Source: Candidatus Hydrothermales bacterium (lineage in GTDB: Bacteria > Hydrothermota > Hydrothermia > Hydrothermales > JAJRUZ01). From it: 31,527 bases of DNA. The stretch's first letter is position 1. The number at the start of each line of letters is the position of its first letter. Below are positions 26,529-31,527 of this stretch, piece by piece. The stretch is taken from NCBI GenBank assembly GCA_039630575.1, contig JBCNUW010000022.1:1-31527 (forward strand), given 5' to 3'. Both the position numbers and the translations under genes were made by a program. The notes beneath the pieces are model-generated. The model was not told where the DNA came from and searched no databases. It saw nothing but the letters and a program-made list of their open reading frames with translations.

Positions 26529-27416
26529 TTAAACTAAAGCTTTTTGATATAAAATATCAGGATAAATTAAACTGTGATTAAAACCTAACTCTTTTCCATC
26601 TATTTCAAAAGCAACTCCGAGAATTTGAGTAAAAAATATAACAGGTATTCCTAATTTATCATGAAAAATTTTTTCCATCCTATCTTGATAAGCTTCAAGA
26701 TTAAACTGACAAAGTGGACACACTGTCACGATTAAATGGGCACCTTTTCTTTTTGCTTCTTTGAGTATAAGATAAGAAAGCCTAAGTCCTACGTTCTCAA
26801 GAGTACCGGTCAAAGATCCACCACAACACTTTGTCTTTAAGGCACTTTCTATTGTTTCAGCACCAGTAGCACTAACAAGATTATCAAGCATGGTAGGGTA
26901 TCGTGGATTATCAAAGTCTGTAAAGGGCCTTACAAGAAGACATCCATAGTAAGAGAAAACTCTTACGCCATTTAATTTTCTTTTGATCTTTGCCTTAATA
27001 TTTTCTATACCTATTTCATTTATAAAAATGTCAAGAGGATGTCTCACCTTTACATCTCCTTTAAAATGTTCTTTTAAACCAATTTTTTCTAATCCTTTAA
27101 ATATTACATCTTTTACACCTTCATATTCCTCAACATATTTTTTAGCTTTATTTAACACCATATAACAGGCAGAACATGGAGCAACAATATCTCTTTTTTC
27201 TTTTTCTGCTATAGCAAGATTTCTTACTGCAAGGGAGAAAGCTGACATCTCATCTATAGACATATAACTTGTTGCACCACAACAGTTCCAATCCGGAAGT
27301 TCCGGTGCCTCAAATCCAAGGTATTTAAAGACAGCAAGTAAGGACTTCTCGTATGCAAGACTTGTTCCTTTTAGGGAACATCCAGGATAATAAAAATACT
27401 TTCTATTTTCTCTCAT
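26529..27416 (-). CDS. hdrB: Heterodisulfide reductase subunit B
   Basis: YYPGCSL, WNCCG...PCSAC, YYGCLL, KCCGG...VCPLCQFNL (two CCG domains). Confidence 0.95.
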   Translation of the reverse strand: MRENRKYFYYPGCSLKGTSLAYEKSLLAVFKYLGFEAPELPDWNCCGATSYMSIDEMSAFSLAVRNLAIAEKEKRDIVAPCSACYMVLNKAKKYVEEYEGVKDVIFKGLEKIGLKEHFKGDVKVRHPLDIFINEIGIENIKAKIKRKLNGVRVFSYYGCLLVRPFTDFDNPRYPTMLDNLVSATGAETIESALKTKCCGGSLTGTLENVGLRLSYLILKEAKRKGAHLIVTVCPLCQFNLEAYQDRMEKIFHDKLGIPVIFFTQILGVAFEIDGKELGFNHSLIYPDILYQKALV

Positions 27417-27985
27417 TTTTTAACCTCCTCAAGTAAAAGTTTCAAAGATTCCCTATCTTTAATTTTTTCTTCTTTAAAGTGAAGTTTTCCCTTTCTTAAA
27501 AGTTTTAAACCAAACAGTGAATTCTTAAGAATTTTAAGTAAAGAAATCTTCAACCAAACATTCATAACAAGTTTCGATTCAGTTTGTCTACCCTTATTTG
27601 AGACAATATCAAAGAATGCCTTAGCTAAGATAGGTATAGGAAATCCTTTAGGATATCTCCTCTCTCTCATAGCTATTCTTTTTAAGGCATACATAATATC
27701 TGTGATTTTTATGTTTTGAGGACATTCTACTGTACAGGCGTAACAAGAAGCACACAACCAAATAGTCTTTGAAGATAAAACCTCATCTTTAAAACCTTCT
27801 CTAACCATTGCAATAATTCTTCTTGGAGGATAATCCATATAAATAGAAACAGGACAGGTTCCGGAACATGTTCCACATTGGATGCAATTAGTCAAACCTT
27901 CACAACCAGGTATACTCAAAATTTCTTTAGTAAAAGACCTATCTAATTCCTTTTCGTACTTAATTGTCCTTACATAAGTTTCCAT
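27413..27985 (-). CDS. hdrC: Heterodisulfide reductase subunit C
   Basis: CIQCGTCSGTCP and IWLCASCYACTVECP. Confidence 0.95.
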   Translation of the reverse strand: METYVRTIKYEKELDRSFTKEILSIPGCEGLTNCIQCGTCSGTCPVSIYMDYPPRRIIAMVREGFKDEVLSSKTIWLCASCYACTVECPQNIKITDIMYALKRIAMRERRYPKGFPIPILAKAFFDIVSNKGRQTESKLVMNVWLKISLLKILKNSLFGLKLLRKGKLHFKEEKIKDRESLKLLLEEVKK

Positions 27986-28033
27986 CTTTTTATGAGTTTT
28001 TAACCGGATTTGAACCTTAATTTAACATTTAAT

Positions 28034-28049
28034 AGCAAATTTTGTTCCA
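28034..28049 (-). promoter_or_regulatory. Sigma54-type -24/-12 promoter of the hdr-mvh operon
   Basis: Minus strand TGGAACAAAATTTGCT (GG-N10-GC), about 50 nt upstream of the hdrC ATG and in the correct orientation. Confidence 0.7.
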
Positions 28050-28069
28050 TATACTTTTTCTATAATTTC

Positions 28070-28109
28070 GTGTATTTTTAAAACATCTATTTGAGACATA
28101 GAGAGACAC
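28070..28109. promoter_or_regulatory. Candidate enhancer-binding-protein site upstream of the hdrC promoter
   Basis: GTGTATTTTTAAAACA (TGT-N9-ACA) followed by two GAGACA half-sites (28093-28098, 28103-28108); similar to 7715-7745. Confidence 0.45.
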
Positions 28110-28124
28110 TTATTTTAATTTAAA

Positions 28125-28153
28125 TTGATATGAAAAAATTTTTTTCTTATAAT
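28125..28153 (+). promoter_or_regulatory. Sigma70 promoter of the aminotransferase operon (leaderless arrangement)
   Basis: TTGATA (28125-28130)-N17-TATAAT (28148-28153), then 5 nt to ATG 28159; no SD. Confidence 0.7.
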
Positions 28154-28158
28154 TAGCG

Positions 28159-29235
28159 ATGGAAGGGAGAAAAAAGCTTTTTATACCTGGTCCTACAGAG
28201 GTTGTGGAGGAGGTACTTGAAGCTCAGAAAAAGTGGATGATCGGTCATAGAGAAAAAGAGTTTTCTGTTTTATACGAGAGGGTTATAGAGAAGTTGGTTA
28301 AACTTTTAAATACAAAAAAATTTGTGACAGTTTTTACCTCCTCCGCTACTGGGGTAATGGAAGGCTCAATACGTAATACCGTTAAAGAGAAAGTTCTTTC
28401 AACGGTATGTGGGGCTTTTTCTTACAGATGGTCTGATATTGCTCTAAGATGTGGAAAAAAAGTAAAAAGCATTGAAGTTGAGTGGGGTAAGGCAATAAAG
28501 CCTGATATGATTGAAAAAGAACTTAAAAATAATGGATATGAAGCAATTCTCATAACACACAATGAAACCTCAACAGGAGTTAGAAATCCCTTAAGGGAAT
28601 TAACTGAAGTAGTAAAGAGTGTATCCCCTGAAACTCTTATTTTAGTTGATGCTGTAAGTTCTTTGGGTGGAATGGAGGTTTTGATTGATGATTGGGGGAT
28701 CGATGTTATATTTGCGAGTGTACAGAAATGTTTTGCTTTGCCTCCTGGTCTAACTGTTACTGTTATAAGTGAAAGAGCATTAGAGAAAGCTAAGGAAGTG
28801 AAAGACAGAGGTTACTACTTTGATTTCCTTGAAATGAAAAGATATTATGATGAAAGAAAGCAGACACCAGCCACTCCTGCAATTTCCCTTTTATATTCTC
28901 TTGATTTCCAACTTGATAGAATGCTTAAAGAGGGTATGAACAACAGATATAAAAGACACAGTGAAATGGCGAAAAAGGTGAGAAATTGGTCAAAAGCAAG
29001 AGGTTTTGAATTATTTCCTGAAGAGGGTTTTGAAAGCGATACGGTAAGTGTAATAAAAAATAACAAAAATCTTGATATTCCTAACCTTATTGACAAACTT
29101 AAAGAGAGGGGATTTAAAATTGCTAATGGATATGGAAAGCTTAAAAACATAACTTTTAGAATAGGGCACATGGGAGATTTAAGTATAGAGGAAATTGAAG
29201 AGCTTTTAAAGAATATTGATGAATTAATAGCTTGA
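28159..29235 (+). CDS. Class V PLP-dependent aminotransferase (serine-pyruvate/alanine-glyoxylate family)
   Basis: LFIPGP, THNETSTGV, VDAVSS, SVQKCFALPPG (PLP lysine), TPATP, FRIGHMG. Confidence 0.9.
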   Translation: MEGRKKLFIPGPTEVVEEVLEAQKKWMIGHREKEFSVLYERVIEKLVKLLNTKKFVTVFTSSATGVMEGSIRNTVKEKVLSTVCGAFSYRWSDIALRCGKKVKSIEVEWGKAIKPDMIEKELKNNGYEAILITHNETSTGVRNPLRELTEVVKSVSPETLILVDAVSSLGGMEVLIDDWGIDVIFASVQKCFALPPGLTVTVISERALEKAKEVKDRGYYFDFLEMKRYYDERKQTPATPAISLLYSLDFQLDRMLKEGMNNRYKRHSEMAKKVRNWSKARGFELFPEEGFESDTVSVIKNNKNLDIPNLIDKLKERGFKIANGYGKLKNITFRIGHMGDLSIEEIEELLKNIDELIA

Positions 29236-30611
29236 AGGGTAAGAGAGTAGAAGTAGATCCCTTTGGTGAGGTAGAAATTCCAGATAATTTTTATTACGGT
29301 GCCCATACTCAACGTGCCATAGAGAACTTATCTGTTTCTGATTTTAAAATTCCTTTTGAACTTATAAAAGCTTTATCTTTAATAAAGATCTGTGCAGCTG
29401 AGGTTAATTATGAGCTTTTTAATCTTGATGAGAAAATCTACAAAGCTATTTTAAAGGCTGGTGAAGAAATTTACGAGGGTAAACTTTCTGACAATTTCCC
29501 TTTGGATATATTTCAAAGCGGTTCAGGAACGAATACAAACATGAATGTAAATGAAGTAATTGCGGGAAGAGCTAACGAGATTTTAACTGGGAAAAAGGGA
29601 GGCAAAAGTCCCTGTCACCCGAATGATCATGTAAATTTGGGGCAATCTTCAAATGATGTGATTCCCTCTGCAATGCAAATTTCTTCAAGGCTATTACTCG
29701 ATGATCTAATTAAAGAGCTAAAAAATCTCGTGGAAATCATCAAAACAAAGGAGAGAGAGTTTAAAAAAGTTATTAAAATTGGAAGAACTCACCTTCAGGA
29801 TGCAGTTCCAATGACTCTTGGGCAAGAATTCTCAGCTTACAGAGCACAAATTGAAAGTAATATAAAGAGGATAAAAAAAGTTTTTAATAGTCTTATTGCT
29901 TTACCTCTTGGAGGAACAGCAATTGGAACAGGTGTTGGTGCTCATCCAGAATTTGGAAAAAGAATATGTAAAAAGATCTCAAAAAGAACTAATATTAATT
30001 TTAGGGAAGCAAAAAATAAATTTGAGTACATTTCATCAAGAGACTGTATGGTTGAGCTTATGGGGGCTCTAAACACTCTTGCTACCTCACTTATGAAAAT
30101 ATCAAACGATTTAAGACTTCTTTCAAGTGGGCCTTTAGCAGGATTAAATGAGATTGAACTGCCCTCTCTTCAAGCAGGTAGCTCAATAATGCCAGGTAAG
30201 GTAAATCCTGTTATTCCTGAAATGATGATACAGATTTGTGCTTTTGTTCACGGTGCTTACAATTCAGTAGTAATCGGAGCTGAAACTGGACCTCTTGAGC
30301 TTAATATGATGATGCCTTTAATTTCCTTTCTAACAATTAACTCGATCAAAATTTTAACAAAGGGAGTTAGTATCTTATCTAACAAATGTATAAAGGGAAT
30401 AAAGGCAAACGAAGAGGTATGTAGGAGATATGCTGAAATGAGTTTAGCACTTATAACTTCTCTTACAAAAAAATTAGGTTATGATAAAGCCTCAGAGATA
30501 GTTTTAAAAGCCAGGAGAGAGAGAAAAACGCTGAGAGAGGTATTAATAGAGGAAAAAATTTTAAGTGAAAGAGAAATTGATCAAAATCTAAACCCATTTA
30601 ATATGATATAA
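29232..30611 (+). CDS. fumC: Class II fumarate hydratase
   Basis: FQSGSGTNTNMNVNEVIA, HPNDHVNLGQSSND, KIGRTHLQDAVP, GSSIMPGKVNP; TTG start overlaps the upstream stop. Confidence 0.85.
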   Translation: MKGKRVEVDPFGEVEIPDNFYYGAHTQRAIENLSVSDFKIPFELIKALSLIKICAAEVNYELFNLDEKIYKAILKAGEEIYEGKLSDNFPLDIFQSGSGTNTNMNVNEVIAGRANEILTGKKGGKSPCHPNDHVNLGQSSNDVIPSAMQISSRLLLDDLIKELKNLVEIIKTKEREFKKVIKIGRTHLQDAVPMTLGQEFSAYRAQIESNIKRIKKVFNSLIALPLGGTAIGTGVGAHPEFGKRICKKISKRTNINFREAKNKFEYISSRDCMVELMGALNTLATSLMKISNDLRLLSSGPLAGLNEIELPSLQAGSSIMPGKVNPVIPEMMIQICAFVHGAYNSVVIGAETGPLELNMMMPLISFLTINSIKILTKGVSILSNKCIKGIKANEEVCRRYAEMSLALITSLTKKLGYDKASEIVLKARRERKTLREVLIEEKILSEREIDQNLNPFNMI

Positions 30612-31527
30612 TGAAAAGAATTTCAAATTTTACTTTAAAGTTTAATCCTATTTATTTAATTCCTTTTTTTATTTTTCTTTTATTTTGTATTTTGCTTTTT
30701 GATATAAAGGTTGATACAGGAGGAGATAATGTTATTTACATGATTCTTGCTAAATCTATTGGTGATCATAATAGTTACTCTAATCTTCATATAGTATCTT
30801 CTCCGCCTCATAACCGTTTTCCTCCCTTTTTTCCTTTACTTCTTGTTCCCTTCTATAAAGTTTTTGGATTAAATGAATCATTTTTAAAAATCCTTCCATT
30901 CATCTCTTCTATCTTTTCTTTTATTTTTCTTATTTTTATAATCAAAGATTTTTGGATAGTACTTGTTTTTTCAGTTACTCCAATTCTAATCAGTTATAGT
31001 AGTAAGTTACTATCTGAATCAACTTTTCTTTTTTTCTCTCTTTTAGCAATATATTTTGTATTGAAGGGAAATTATTTCATTTCTTCGATTTTTTCAACAA
31101 TAACATTTTTTATAAGAAATTCAGGAATTGCCCTTGTTTTTGGGCTATTTACGCTTCTTCTAATCAGAAAGAAATTTAAAGATTTTTTAATTTCAGCAAC
31201 AATTTTTTTCATTCCAACATTTTTGTGGTTTTTAAGAACAAGAGCAACATTAAAAAGTCCTGAAGATACCTATTATTTTGATTTTATATATAAAAATCCA
31301 TATAATCCAGAAATTGGAATTATAGGTTTTGTAGATCTTTTAGCAAGAATTGTACAAAATATAAAGATTTATGTTTTTCAAATTTTACCCTACAACTTTT
31401 TGCCTTTCGAAGATAAAAGTTTTTTAACTCTTTTTGGAATCATAATAATTTTTTTTGTTTCATTCTCTTTTTTTAGGAGAATAAAAAGGATCTCAATAGT
31501 TGAATTATATTTCCTTTTTTTCCTTTT
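30611..31527 (+). CDS. GT-C fold membrane glycosyltransferase (ArnT/PMT-like); partial, runs off the window
   Basis: ATG overlaps the fumC stop (TAATG) and the frame stays open to the end. MKRISNF...TM...GGDNVIYMILAKSI...RFPPFFPLLL...LLSESTFLFF...FFIRNSGIAL; many TM segments. Absent from the ORF track because no stop is in the window. Confidence 0.8.
   Translation, partial: MKRISNFTLKFNPIYLIPFFIFLLFCILLFDIKVDTGGDNVIYMILAKSIGDHNSYSNLHIVSSPPHNRFPPFFPLLLVPFYKVFGLNESFLKILPFISSIFSFIFLIFIIKDFWIVLVFSVTPILISYSSKLLSESTFLFFSLLAIYFVLKGNYFISSIFSTITFFIRNSGIALVFGLFTLLLIRKKFKDFLISATIFFIPTFLWFLRTRATLKSPEDTYYFDFIYKNPYNPEIGIIGFVDLLARIVQNIKIYVFQILPYNFLPFEDKSFLTLFGIIIIFFVSFSFFRRIKRISIVELYFLFFL

Noticed and set aside
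21576..27985. Selenocysteine recoding in Hdr/Mvh subunits
   Set aside because: All ORFs are uninterrupted and the relevant positions are Cys (DPCHAC, LDCASC, CNWC, GCHPGDC).
28006..28016. GGTTCAAATCC on the minus strand in the hdrC leader, resembling a tRNA T-loop
   Set aside because: Only 2 bp of stem, with no acceptor, D or anticodon arms; not a tRNA or a recognisable tRNA fragment.
28159..29235. Legacy label 'soluble hydrogenase 42 kDa subunit' suggested by proximity to hydrogenase genes
   Set aside because: The sequence shows only class V aminotransferase motifs and no Fe-S or Ni ligands.
815..29312. Numerous short ORFs in the track that overlap real genes (e.g. 815-1009, 1223-1435, 4178-4630, 5032-5412, 6671-6988, 8341-8601, 18353-18628, 20778-21107, 23560-23760, 28845-29312)
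   Set aside because: They are antisense or alternate-frame shadows of well-supported genes, rich in Ser/Phe/Ile, with no motifs or RBS.
29232..30611. Aspartate ammonia-lyase as an alternative call
   Set aside because: QSGSGT and GQSSND match class II fumarase better than the QGGAGT/QSTND pattern of AspA.

Overview
Very AT-rich bacterial chromosomal window. Two proteins with T9SS-type C-terminal sorting domains and very short signal-like N-termini suggest a WOR-3-like or FCB-related anaerobe; this is inference, not a database result. The main content is a complete minus-strand hdrC-hdrB-hdrA-mvhD-mvhG-mvhA (group 3c [NiFe]-hydrogenase/heterodisulfide reductase) cluster. It continues into a maturation protease, an embedded formate-tetrahydrofolate ligase (fhs), hypA, hypB and hypF, while hypC-hypD-hypE sit about 6 kb away behind htpX and a small lipoprotein. 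The left 6.5 kb is accessory or decaying. It holds a four-gene operon whose products all carry a SHOCT-like helical module, a heavily deleted IS1634-family transposase relic, related MITE-like elements on both sides of that operon, and a NatAB-like ABC exporter whose ATPase has a one-base frameshift in a T8 run. The most unusual non-coding signal is a pair of similar sigma54-type -24/-12 promoters that share an upstream motif. One precedes hdrC. The other lies just downstream of hypE, has no gene after it, and points into a G-rich tract (GGG-N5-GGG-N5-GGGG-N5-GGGG), making it a candidate sRNA. Several sigma70 promoters end 5-8 nt before an ATG, suggesting leaderless mRNAs. No rRNA, tRNA or CRISPR array was seen.
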